A stretch of DNA of 64,000 nt from Octopus vulgaris (lineage: Eukaryota). The position numbers and the translations under genes are program-made. The stretch lies in the NCBI GenBank assembly GCA_951406725.2, contig OX597818.1:81964001-82028000 (forward strand), written 5' to 3'. A model generated the notes under the pieces. That model was not told where the DNA came from and did not search any database. It saw nothing but the letters and a program-made list of their open reading frames with translations. This document shows, in pieces, positions 13,879-26,484 of the stretch; the first letter of the stretch is position 1, and each line of letters opens with the position of its first letter.

Positions 13879-14244
13879 CAAATGGACCCGTTTCAAGCGG
13901 CTCCATTTAATTGAAGAATGCAATGGTTACATCAATTTAAACGCAGGGCTATCATGAGCTGCAGAAATAAATAGCATTTTAATCAGTCGGACGCATTAAT
14001 ATAATTTTACTCAAATACCTTAACAGAGCAAGAATATGAAAGAAAGCCACGTTGTCGCTATTGTAGCTAAGAATATACTACACATCTAAGAATAGCATGA
14101 AGGTTGTTGGGGTCATAACTTGTAAAGGTCTGTGGTTCTTTTCTAACGTATTTGTCTTTTATCAACTACTAAATCTAAGAATTAGAGGACTGTGTCTGTT
14201 TGGAATGAAGAGTAAGAGGTATGTTCATAAATATTGTCAACGTG

Positions 14245-14900
14245 TGAGAATCGTCTTGGCATATGCGGACATTGTCATACTGTCGAAAGTCAGATACATA
14301 GACCAGGTTCGCACTGCTTTAAAAGAATACAAGCCGGTGACAGAAGCAAAAATTAATCAAGCAAACTCAATGCGCTTGCAGTTCGGCACCTAGAGATGTA
14401 GTTCCTTGCCGTCTGATAACGTCGTGAGATGCTGGACCGAGGGACCGATTGAATTTCTCGGGGTCTGATTTTGGTTCGGATCTTCAGGTGAAGAAGAACT
14501 GGGATGACGTGAATAGATGATTAAACAATCTCAGCCAGATATTGGTCAGAGGTGGCGAATGCATTTATTGCATCCGTTATATATTACTGCCTGTCCATCG
14601 AGCTTCGCTCCAGTTTACGTTTAATCAAGCTCGAACGCCTAATCATCTGCTTTCATTGGAAGAGACTCATTCCACTGGTCAGGCGCTTCATTTGCTGTCG
14701 ACACCTCCTGAATGGAAGATGGGCCTTCCGTGGCTGCTGGAGCGTAGGAAATATAAGATCGCACTTTTGATGCAGGTCTGAAGAAGAGCCACTCTAAAGT
14801 GAAAAACCCAAGTATTACATAAATTTTTGACTTGGAAATTTTGTGTGAGCTGGCGTTGAAAGCAGATTTGGTACAGAAACAATTGTAACGGAACATTAAA
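14245..14900 (+). mobile_element. Tx1/L1-clade LINE reverse transcriptase relic
   Basis: VLAYAD(I)..EYKPVTEAKINQANS..FGT*, then WTEGPIEFLGV, then VANAFIASVIYY..KLERLIICFHWK..PLVRRFICCRHLLNG. These match a degenerate YADD and the downstream Tx1-type motifs. Confidence 0.8.
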
Positions 14901-15138
14901 GATGTGATAAAGTCTTCGTCTACTTATTTGGATTGTGCACACACACTCACACACTCTCTCATACTACCTCACACACACAGTTATATGCACACATCTATAT
15001 ATACATGTATGTACATATATGACTCTCTACACAATATATCTCTGTAAAATTATACACACAAACACAAACGCACAAACACACATACATGTTTATATAATTC
15101 TATAATAATAGATATAAATTCAACATTTAGAACGTATA

Positions 15139-15178
<40 letters not shown>

Positions 15179-15372
15179 CATACATATATACGTGTGTGTG
15201 TGTGATGCGTGTGTGCCATACCCCTATCTATGTCACTCCATTATGTAAATGTGCATGCGTCCCTAATATGTGTATGTCTCTCTGAACGCAATTCACACGT
15301 ACACACAGAGTTATATATATACATACACAGATATATACTTACATAGATATGTGTATATATGTATGTATATAT

Positions 15373-15428
<56 letters not shown>

Positions 15429-15447
15429 ATATCCATGTATGTATGTG

Positions 15448-15483
<36 letters not shown>

Positions 15484-15500
15484 TACATACACACATATAT

Positions 15501-15584
<84 letters not shown>

Positions 15585-16091
15585 ACATGTAATCATTTCT
15601 ATAAGTGCGGGAATCTATCATATACATTTGTATGAATGCAAATTGGTTAATGTATAAGAATCTGGAGGATAAAAGGCGACTGCTACGTGCAGGTGTCTTC
15701 TCTGTACAAGGCTGTAGGACTTTGTATTAAAGAGAAGAAGAAGATAGAGCGTACTGAGGAATCATGGGAAATGCTCTGCATTATTCATTTTACCTGTACA
15801 ATTCCCTAACTTGACATCTCTACTGTTACTCGTACATACATGAACGTATACATAATTGTATGCAGTCATATGTATTATATGTATACATCCATCCAATCAT
15901 ATGTATGTGTGTATATATATATACTCTTATGTATCTATATGTATATCTTACTATCTACCTACCGATCTGTCTGTCTGTTTTTTCTGTCTCTATCGCTCTG
16001 TGTGTGTGTATTTGTGTGTGTGTGTGTATGTGTATACATGTATGTTTCTATCTCCATCTATATAGCCATTTATGTCTTTCTTTCTGTCTGC

Positions 16092-16127
<36 letters not shown>

Positions 16128-16357
16128 GTATCTATCTATCAATCTATCCATCTGTATGTCTGTCTGTCTGTCTATCTGTCTGTCTGTCCCTTTGTCTGTC
16201 TGTCTATCTATCTATCTATATATCTATCTATCTATCTATCTATATATCTATCTATCTGCCTGTGTGTCTGTCTGTCTATCTACCTCTGTATCCATATATC
16301 TTCTCTTTATCAATATCTGGATGCACGCATTCTTATGTATGCATATATATATATATA

Positions 16358-16433
<76 letters not shown>

Positions 16434-17636
16434 ATACGTATAAGTTTGACTAAATGTTTATATGTGTATATATTTGGTTTTCAATGTATCTGTATACGCA
16501 TATCTGTATATGTGCATTATTTCGCATCGCATTGTGTACATTATTAGTGTATTAACACTGCGGGCTGCAACTTGGCTCACCAATTGATTTATCTCTGCTT
16601 GCAATGTGATCGCAAACAGCTATACACCTCTGCATCATTCGACATCCATCCACACCGACGGCGCCCTTCCATATCTGGCCTTCTCCAACGTCTTCTCTCC
16701 GGCATTTCTAAACACGATGAATTGAACACCTTCCACCTTCAACAACGCCCGGTGTCATTCAAAATAAGCCGCCATCTTTTATTCGAGAACCACCCTGCCA
16801 TCTTTTACTACATCCAACCTTTATTTCAATCTACTCTTCACTGTATAGAAATATGTACTCGATCCCACTCACACGCAAACTCACATTCACACACAAATAT
16901 GCACGCACATATACACACACTGAAGAATACCCAGTTACATACACAGACACTGACAAAAATACAGGCGTAACCACACGCACATATAATCTCACACACAGAG
17001 ACACACACGGATAAAAAGACACACACAGAAACCTACTCACACCAACAAAAACACATACACACAAACGCACGCACACGCACACCAGCACATACACAAATGC
17101 CCACACAAATATAATCACTCTGACAATGACATATGCACATAAGCACTCGCAGAAATACACACACACACATCTACACAAGTGTACACACACAAGAATGCAC
17201 CCACGCAAATACGCGTACGACACACAGACACACATACAAACCCGCACACAATACACACACACAGACAAACACATATAGTGAAAGACACACACCGAAACTC
17301 ACAAAGAAACCCACACACACCTACACAAGCACAATGACACATATACAACAAGACGCCCACACTTACACGGAAACACACAAACACTTTATCATGCTCACAA
17401 ACATACTCACACAATTACTCCTCTCAGACACACAATACTTCTTTAATATATCTTGTATATCATCCTCACTCTCTCTCTTTGTCGTTGTCATCCACCCTTA
17501 TTTCCAGTTATGTACGAAAATACAACACACACCTGTACGTGTGCAACTCACGATATAAACACATACATATACGAACATAGACGCTCAAAGAGTCACACGC
17601 TACTTACAAGATAAGTCTTTCTCACTCTCTGTCACG

Positions 17637-17695
<59 letters not shown>

Positions 17696-17934
17696 CTCTA
17701 TCTATTTATCTACAACCAACTATACCCACCACTGATATTAATACAAGCATTGCCGAATATTTAACATATATAGTAACATTTACTATATCGTGTATAATTA
17801 CATATGGTATAGAATATATAATCATACATAATATAAATAATCATACATAACGCTCAATATATACATACATAAGTATATATATATACACACATATATACAT
17901 ATACATTCACACATATGCATGTATATTTATATGT

Positions 17935-17978
<44 letters not shown>

Positions 17979-18516
17979 TTGTGTGTGTGTGTGTCTTTAT
18001 AATGTAATATATAGAAGATGTAAGCATATATAATATGGCGCATGAAAAACATCATGCCAGCAACAAAGCTGACAGCACACCAATTGCACTAGTGAGCACA
18101 GCAAGTTATTGTGCATTCATTGTATAGATTGATTCAACAATGACATTAATTTGCCCCAAGGTACCCCATCCAAAGGAACTTTACCGAAACAATACAGTTG
18201 TCCTCAAGGATATTTCACTATTAACTATCAGGTATTCGGGACACATTTTTCTAACTATATACACCAGTATACAATTGGATGGATAGTTTCCTTCTTTACA
18301 TCTTTCATTATCTATTTCCTTCCTTTTCTATCTTATTATCTCTCTCTCTCTCTTTCTCTCTGTCTGTCTATTTCTCTATCTCTCTGTCTCTTTCTCTCTT
18401 ATTTTCCGTCTTCCTTTTTCTATTCTCGTTTACTCAATACTAAACCGCCATCTTTTTTAATGCAGAATTCTTTGAAAAATGCTATAAACTTGTTTCATAT
18501 GATCTCGTATTAACAT

Positions 18517-18527
18517 TCTTCTACTTC

Positions 18528-18559
<32 letters not shown>

Positions 18560-18762
18560 CTTCTTCTTCTTCTTCTTCTTCTTCTTCTTCTTCTTCTTCT
18601 TCTTCTTCTTCCCATACACCTTCTCCCCGCTTCTTCTCCTTCGCCTCCTCTTCCACCTCCTTCTTTATCTTATTTTCCAACGTCTTCCACCACCACCACC
18701 ACCACCACCACCGTCATCCAATACTACTACCACCACTGCCATCGCTACCACCACTGCAATGC

Positions 18763-18816
<54 letters not shown>

Positions 18817-18820
18817 CCAC
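18517..18820. repeat. Compound trinucleotide microsatellite (CTT)n/(CAC)n/(TAC)n
   Basis: Seen directly in the sequence. Confidence 0.95.
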
Positions 18821-19266
18821 CAACAACATACCGACGACCACCACACACTCCTCTCCCTCATTTTTTCTCTTTCTCTATCCGTTTCCCCGAGTTTTCCTTC
18901 TCTCTGAACATCATGACTCTTCTTCCTGTTTCTGTCAATCTCTCTTTTTTTTTTCTTTGTTAAGATCTCGCTATTTCTAGACTATTTTCATTATCTTGTA
19001 TTCATCTCTTTAAGCATTCAATACTTAACGTATGCACATATTCATGTATGTATGTATGGTTGTATGTATGTATTCACATATATATAGGTACTTGTGCATT
19101 ACTCTATCACTCTGATTCCGCCTACCTCTCGGACCTCTTTCTCGCATACTTACATAAGCTACCTGATTTACACTCTTTGTTTATTTGTTTCTTTCTTTTC
19201 TTGTCTCGCGCTCTCTTTCTCTATCTCTGTACCCGTCTCTCTTTACCTAGATGTCTAGCTCTCTGT

Positions 19267-19326
<60 letters not shown>

Positions 19327-19570
19327 TGACATTTCTGTGATAACGATCCCTATTGATCAATTCCCCCCCTTTTTTTAAACCCCCCTTTTTTTGTCCTCTT
19401 TCTCTCCTTTTACGATCCCTTTTGATCGAAACTCCCCCTTCCTTTTTTTTTTTTTTTTTTTTCTTAAACCTTCAAAAGAAAAGCTCTACCTTGTAATTTG
19501 TTCTATCTGTGTGCAGCCCTGTGTGGCTAATAAAGAAACATATCTATCTATCTATCTATCTATCTACCAA

Positions 19571-19647
<77 letters not shown>

Positions 19648-19897
19648 GTATATATGTATCTATCTATTTATCTATCTATCTATTTGTATAATCACACACA
19701 CAGGCACACACATCATATACATATACATACATGCATACATTCATACACACACACACACATATACGTATATATATATATACACACACAAACATGTCTATCT
19801 ATCTATCCATATTTTCATCTATTCTTCTGTCTATCTATCTATGTATCTATCTATATCTCTATCCATCTATCTATCTATCCACCTTTTCATCTATTCT

Positions 19898-19967
<70 letters not shown>

Positions 19968-20370
19968 AATTTATCTATCTTCCTCAATATTTCTCATTTA
20001 TCTATTTATATTTATCCTCATTTAAATTCATCTCCCTCTTCCATACATACAAATTTATCTCAGCCACGATCTCCCCTCATTGCTCCACTCTTATCACAAC
20101 CGATAACTGAAATTGTGGTTCTCGTTTTCTCTTACTAATTTCTTCCTCACAATTTAAGGGGCTCTTTCGTATTCTCTCTTATTCTGGATTTGACCTAGAT
20201 GTAGGGCAAACGTGCAAACTCAACTCCATAGACGCTAATCAAGTGTTCGTGTGACGATTGATTATCAAACCATATTGAACAACGTCTATTCCCTCTGCAA
20301 TTTGTAGTCTCAGAGTCGTTTGATTTGATTAGATAGCAGCCAAATGTGAAAGAATATATATGAACAAAGA

Positions 20371-20436
<66 letters not shown>

Positions 20437-20861
20437 AGAGTGTATGTGTGTCTGTGAGGGTGTAAGCGTGTGTGTGTGTGTGAGAAAGTGTGTGTATGTA
20501 GGTATGTGCGTGCGTGAGTGCGTGTATGTGTGAGTGCGCGCGTATACGCCTTTACATATGTGCGTGTGAATGTGTACGTATGTTGGTGTGTGACTGTGTG
20601 TATGTGTGTGTATATATATATATATGTGTGTGTGTGTGTTCTCACTACATTCCTTTATGAAGTTGGAAACGTTGCTACCAATATCAATCCAGAAGTGTTT
20701 GAACGAAACCACGTGAATAGTCAAATTAGATATTTTTCCTATATATTACGAGTTTTCCCCAAAATGTATAGACGTTGAGTGATTATAATGCGAGTGTTTA
20801 ATAAAATACACTTAATTTTCAAAATACAATAGTATCTACAGACCTTTTAATTTCATATTTT

Positions 20862-21920
20862 ATGAGCACCACTTTTCAAACAGATGACCGTTCTACTCCA
20901 TGCACTGCTGATTACGCGAAGTAATGGCAGAACCAACATAAAAACAACAAAAAATTCATTTGGTATTTGTGCGCATTCTCGTTTAATAGCTACCGTGAAT
21001 CAGTCGACTGTTGCTGGTCATGAATCTGAAACCGCCATAAAGAAAAGTCTAGTGCTGGTGTGGTCTAGTGAGCGCAGAGTGTTTTCTACTAAACCACCTC
21101 GTTCAATCCATTTATTTGGCATAATAACATCAAGGTAGGTACATTATCATTGTAGTGTTGGGTTACCTAAAAACCCACAATTTCTAGTCGCTGCAATTTC
21201 CGCAGTACTGTCAAAAAGCTTGGACTTCTTAATCCTTCTGATCATAATATTTACTGTACTGTAACAGCTGGATAATTGACATGGTGTCTCTCTGTAATGT
21301 GTGAATGCTCAGATCCCCAGAAAGTGCAATTGTGGCGGTTAACTGAACCATTTAATTTAAATATATCTCATAACTTTTTTGGAATGATTTCATCTTCTTA
21401 ACATTTTAACAAGTCCCACTCGCAAAATTCCACTTTTCGGTGCTGATCGTCTACTACGAAGCATCTAGTGTTCTTGGAAGTTAACTTTTCTAATGACAGC
21501 GCTTTAATATGCAATGGAGGATTAATTTTCAAATTCCAGTTAACATGCCGCAAATCTTTTGAACTCTGCCAATGAGTTTCTATTGATCGTTCTTACCTTA
21601 TAAGACTTGCCGAAATTCGTACTCTTCTCGAACAGTTTTTCTGAACATTCAGAAAAGTTCTAATCACTTCAAACTTATCTCTAATTTGAGCGACGGCAAG
21701 TTACGTTGGCAGATCGTTTGAAATACCCTCTTGAACTGTCGTTGCACTTCGACTGCGCTCTAAAAGCTCCAGTGCCACTTTAAGAGAAATTTCCTTTATT
21801 CGAAGCTTACTGTGGCACCCTTCATTATGTCTAATGGGTTAAATCTAAAGAAAAATGAAAATTCAGAGAATTACTAACTGTACTATTTCAGCTGCGTATA
21901 AAGTATTGGAGGACACCTTA
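20862..21920 (-). mobile_element. Tc1/mariner-superfamily DNA transposon relic (transposase pseudogene)
   Basis: Minus strand: SFE*RKFLLKWHW..VEVQRQFKRVF..AQIRDKFE (N-terminal HTH), [31 protein letters not shown] (degenerate WP.RSPD), and QCME*NGHLFE (C-terminus). A TIR-like end TAAGGTGTCCTCCAATACT lies at 21902-21920. Confidence 0.85.
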
Positions 21921-22582
21921 TGTCTGTGTGTCTATCTATATAAATACATATACATGCATGCGTACATACATACGTATATATAAATAGACACACACACACA
22001 CAAACATACACACACACACATATATATATCAGTCCATATGAGTCTATGCGTTATGCACTCACACGCACACACCAAACACAGACACATACACGCAAACACA
22101 ACACAACACACACACACAAACAGACACACACCTATACACAACTATAACTTCAACAGGAAAAAAATCTTCCTAACAACTGCTCTTGAAGCAATTCAGTGAA
22201 GAGAAAGAGAGAGAGGGGGGAAGTGGGAGAGAGGCTGGAGGGAATGGGCGAGAGGGTGAGAGAGTAAGAGTGAGAGAGAGAGAGTAAAAAACTGAGAAAG
22301 CGAATGGTTATAAAACTCTGTTTCACAACTATGTTAATCCTTTGATCCCTCTGAGGAACACTCCTAGCCACTGGGTGTTTAAAATATTTTATTATAATTG
22401 AATAATTAGATATTATGAGGAATTGCATAAAGATAATTATCAAAACATTTTGTGTATTGTAGAACATAATCAATTTATTGCAGATAAATGTTAACAGCAA
22501 AATCTTACATGAACCCCCAAGGGTGATGTGGCCCCGGTTGAGAACCACGGATACCAAACAATAATGTCGATATTTTTATTAA

Positions 22583-22680
22583 CACCTTGAGCAAGTGTCT
22601 TCTACTATAGCCTCGGGCCCACCAAAAGTTTTGTGAGTGGATTTGGTAGAAGCAGATTGAAAGAAGTCGGACGTTTACTC
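22583..22680 (+). mobile_element. SINE family A fragment directly upstream of the tandem array
   Basis: CACCTTGAGCAAGTGTCTTCTACTATAGCCTCGGGCC..GTGAGTGGATTTGGTAGA is homologous to 5970-6060. Confidence 0.8.
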
Positions 22681-23078
22681 ACACACACACATACACGCAC
22701 CTACTCATACACATGCATATGCACACACGTGTGTGTGTGTATGTATGTGTCCATTACAAACTTCGAACAGACAGTGAGCAGCGACGCCTGCTACATGAAT
22801 AATAACTACATGAATAATATTTTTCTATATGAATAATATTTTTGTCTTATGACTAATTCGTCTTTTGTACTGGGCACCTGGTAGTAAATAATATTACTAC
22901 CCTTCTTGTTCGTATTCGCATATTACATGATGGATTTATTCGTAAAATTCTTCCCGGCATGCCCTGTACTGCCGTATAAATTTTGCGTCTGCGCAGAGAT
23001 TTGAAAAGTTAAGATCTGCTAGTAGTTCGAGATCAACACATGGTCTCACATCGCTGCAGACCTCGATTAAATTAAGGC

Positions 23079-23154
23079 GACTCGCTGATGAAGCTAGCCT
23101 TAGCAAACATATTTTGTGTTTTGCTAGAAAGAAGCAGAAACCGCGGTTCGAGTT
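23079..23154 (+). ncRNA. Type I hammerhead ribozyme motif, array unit 1 (predicted cut after 23148)
   Basis: GACTCG-CTGATGA(23085-91)-A-GCT..long stem II..AGC-A-GAAA(23137-40)-CCGCGG-T-T-CGAGTT. Stem I is GACTCG/CGAGTT, stem III is the palindrome ACCGCGGT, and the triplet is GUU. Confidence 0.8.
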
Positions 23155-23530
23155 AAAGTTATCGGTAAACGTTTTTGTTTTTCACTCTCGATAAATTCAT
23201 CCCCTTTTTGTGTTCCCAGCACTCGGCATCCTAATTTAGGAGCCCTTAATTGTATAACTACATGAATAATATTTTTCTATATGAATAATATTTTTGTCTT
23301 ATGACTAATTCGTCTTTTGTGCTGGGCACCTGGTAGTAAATAATATTACTACCCTTCTTGTTCATATTCGCATATTACATGATGGATTTATTCGTAAAAT
23401 TCTTCCCGGTATGCCCTGTACTGCCGTATAAATTTTGCGTCTGCGCAGAGATTTGAAAAGTTAAGATCTGCTAGTAGTTCGAGATCAACACATGGTCTCA
23501 CATCGCTGCAGACCTCAATTAAATTAAGGC

Positions 23531-23606
23531 GACTCGCTGATGAAGCTAGCCTTAGCAAACATATTTTGTGTTTTGCTAGAAAGAAGCAGAAACCGCGGTT
23601 CGAGTT
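23531..23606 (+). ncRNA. Type I hammerhead ribozyme motif, array unit 2
   Basis: Identical to the unit 1 motif, offset +452. Confidence 0.8.
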
Positions 23607-23982
23607 AAAGTTATCGGTAAACGTTTTTGTTTTTCACTCTCGATAAATTCATCCCCTTTTTGTGTTCCCAGCACTCGGCATCCTAATTTAGGAGCCCTTA
23701 ATTGTATAACTACATGAATAATATTTTTCTATATGAATAATATTTTTGTCTTATGACTAATTCGTCTTTTGTACTGGGCACCTGGTAGTAAATAATATTA
23801 CTACCCTTCTTGTTCATATTCGCATATTACATGATGGATTTATTCGTAAAATTCTTTCCGGCATGCCCTGTACTGCCGTATAAATTTTGCGTCTGCGCAG
23901 AGATTTGAAAAGTTAAGATCTGCTAGTAGTTCGAGATCAACACATGGTCTCACATCGCTGCAGACCTCGATTAAATTAAAGC

Positions 23983-24058
23983 GACTCGCTGATGAAGCTA
24001 GCCTTAGCAAACATATTTTGTGTTTTGCTAGAAAGAAGCAGAAACCGCGGTTCGAGTT
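23983..24058 (+). ncRNA. Type I hammerhead ribozyme motif, array unit 3
   Basis: Identical to the unit 1 motif, offset +904. Confidence 0.8.
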
Positions 24059-24434
24059 AAAGTTATCGGTAAACGTTTTTGTTTTTCACTCTCGATAAAT
24101 TCATCCCCTTTTTGTGTTCCCAGCACTCGGCATCCTAATTTAGGAGCCCTTAATTGTATAACTACATGAATAATATTTTTCTATATGAATAATATTTTTG
24201 TCTTATGACTAATTCGTCTTTTGTACTGGGCACCTGGTAGTAAATAATATTACTACCCTTCTTGTTCATATTCGCATATTACATGATGGATTTATTCGTA
24301 AAATTCTTTCCGGCATGCCCTGTACTGCCGTATAAATTTTGCGTCTGCGCAGAGATTTGAAAAGTTAAGATCTGCTAGTAGTTCGAGATCAACACATGGT
24401 CTCACATCGCTGCAGACCTCGATTAAATTAAAGC

Positions 24435-24510
24435 GACTCGCTGATGAAGCTAGCCTTAGCAAACATATTTTGTGTTTTGCTAGAAAGAAGCAGAAACCGC
24501 GGTTCGAGTT
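24435..24510 (+). ncRNA. Type I hammerhead ribozyme motif, array unit 4
   Basis: Identical to the unit 1 motif, offset +1356. Confidence 0.8.
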
Positions 24511-24886
24511 AAAGTTATCGGTAAACGTTTTTGTTTTTCACTCTCGATAAATTCATCCCCTTTTTGTGTTCCCAGCACTCGGCATCCTAATTTAGGAGCC
24601 CTTAATTGTATAACTACATGAATAATATTTTTCTATATGAATAATATTTTTGTCTTATGACTAATTCGTCTTTTGTGCTGGGCACCTGGTAGTAAATAAT
24701 ATTACTACCCTTCTTGTTCATATTCGCATATTACATGATGGATTTATTCGTAAAATTCTTCCCGGCATGCCCTGTACTGCCGTATAAATTTTGCGTCTGC
24801 GCAGAGATTTGAAAAGTTAAGATCTGCTAGTAGTTCGAGATCAACACATGGTCTCACATCGCTGCAGACCTCGATTAAATTAAGGC

Positions 24887-24962
24887 GACTCGCTGATGAA
24901 GCTAGCCTTAGCAAACATATTTTGTGTTTTGCTAGAAAGAAGCAGAAACCGCGGTTCGAGTT
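24887..24962 (+). ncRNA. Type I hammerhead ribozyme motif, array unit 5
   Basis: Identical to the unit 1 motif, offset +1808. Confidence 0.8.
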
Positions 24963-25140
24963 AAAGTTATCGGTAAACGTTTTTGTTTTTCACTCACGAT
25001 AAATTCATCCCCTTTTTGTGTTCCCAGCACTCGGCATCCTAATTTAGGAGCCCTTAATTGTATATATATATATATGCATACACATATATACATATATATT
25101 TATATTTATATGTGTGTGTGTATATATGTGCGTGTATATA

Positions 25141-25539
25141 TTCTTTCTTTTCTTTTATATTATTTTACTTGTTTCAGTCATTTGACTGCGGCCATGCTAG
25201 AGCACCGCCTTTAGTCGAGCAAATCGACCCCGCGACTTATTCTTTGTAAGCCCAGTACTTATTCTATCGGTCTCTTTTCCCGAACCGCTAAGTGACGGGG
25301 ACGTAAACACACCAGCATCGGTTGTCAAGGAATGCTAGGGGAACAAACACAGGAACACAAACACATACACACACATATATATACATATATACGACAGGCT
25401 TCTTTCAGTTTCCGTCTACCAAATCACTCACAAGGCAATGGTCTGCCCGGGGCTATAGCAGAAGTCACTTGCCCAAGATGGGACTAAACGCGGTACCATG
25501 TGGTTGGTTAGCAAGCTACTTACCACAGAGCCACTCCTG
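25141..25539 (-). mobile_element. SINE family A, near full length
   Basis: Reverse complement of 5895-6304; it ends in TACCACAGAGCCACTCCTG. Confidence 0.85.
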
Positions 25540-26108
25540 ATATATATATATATATATATATATAAGAATGTAAGATCCAAGCATCGAGGTATAGGAAGAA
25601 GTTGAACTTCAACCAACCCGTTGAAAGATAGGAAAACTTTTTCAGGAGCAAACGTGGTTTTTTGAGTCGGAATGTTGTGGATTTTTTCCGTTTCGAAGTA
25701 CGATAAGCTACATAGAATTATTTTTTATTTCACCGTAGGCATCCAGGGCTGCAAACTATGCGAATAAAATACAAGAGTTAAGGAATGCAGTATATAATAT
25801 CCAGAGTATATATGTTCAATAGCGAGCGGAACTTAGGGAATGGTAAATATTGAAATGAGGTGCATGCCGTAGGCTACCCTTCAGGCCAAATGAAATTTAC
25901 GTTGTCGTAAGGAGGTATATATGTATATATTTGTATAAGCAAAAATTAGATTAGTTAAAATATGTTTGACATATTTGAACTTATAAAGGCAAAGTCAATG
26001 CAGTTACCGTGGATAAAATATTTTTATCTCATGGTAAGATGTAAAATCACTATATCTATCCAGTGCTGCCTTTTTTCCAGATTCCTTGATGCTGCATTTC
26101 TAGCTTAT

Positions 26109-26189
<81 letters not shown>

Positions 26190-26192
<3 letters not shown>

Positions 26193-26400
26193 CTCAAATC
26201 TACGGAAAACAAAAGACGAAGACTGGTGAAGGAACAACAAGCACGTGTATTAGGTTAACGCTCAGGAAAATGGAAAAGTCTTTAAGGTTTCGAGCCTATA
26301 TTTTTCGACGGAAAGGATTAGAAAAAAGAAAAATGTTTAGGGATTAACGGTTCAACATGATGAAATGGCCGGAAGAGAGAGGCTGAATGAAAGGGAGATA
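26190..26400 (-). mobile_element. Repeat with minimal hammerhead-like motif (26280-26315); same family as 39725-40005
   Basis: Both loci share GAAGAC.GGTG..ACAACAA..TATTAG.TTAACGCT..AAAAGTCTTTAA..TTTCGAGCCT. Confidence 0.65.
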
Positions 26401-26433
26401 ATGATAATGATGATAATAATAATAATAATAATA

Positions 26434-26483
<50 letters not shown>

Positions 26484-26484
<1 letters not shown>

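Larger units (their letters stand above)
22802..25061 (+). repeat. Head-to-tail array of five 452-bp units, each with a hammerhead motif (retrozyme-like / non-autonomous PLE)
   Basis: Units start at 22802, 23254, 23706, 24158 and 24610 with an exact 452-bp period. I saw only a handful of substitutions and no indels. No ORF in the track lies within the array, and it ends in (TA)n. Confidence 0.97.

Noticed and set aside
13885-13965. Minus-strand CTCATGA..GAAACGGGTC motif
   Set aside because: Core G5 is altered and stem I does not pair.
16572-16830. Possible GIY-YIG relic (LIYLCLQC..LY)
   Set aside because: No YIG or other confirming motif could be recovered by eye.
22802-25061. CRISPR array or tandem snRNA/5S/tRNA gene cluster
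   Set aside because: Whole units are near-identical with no unique spacers, and I found no recognisable snRNA, 5S or tRNA sequence in the unit.
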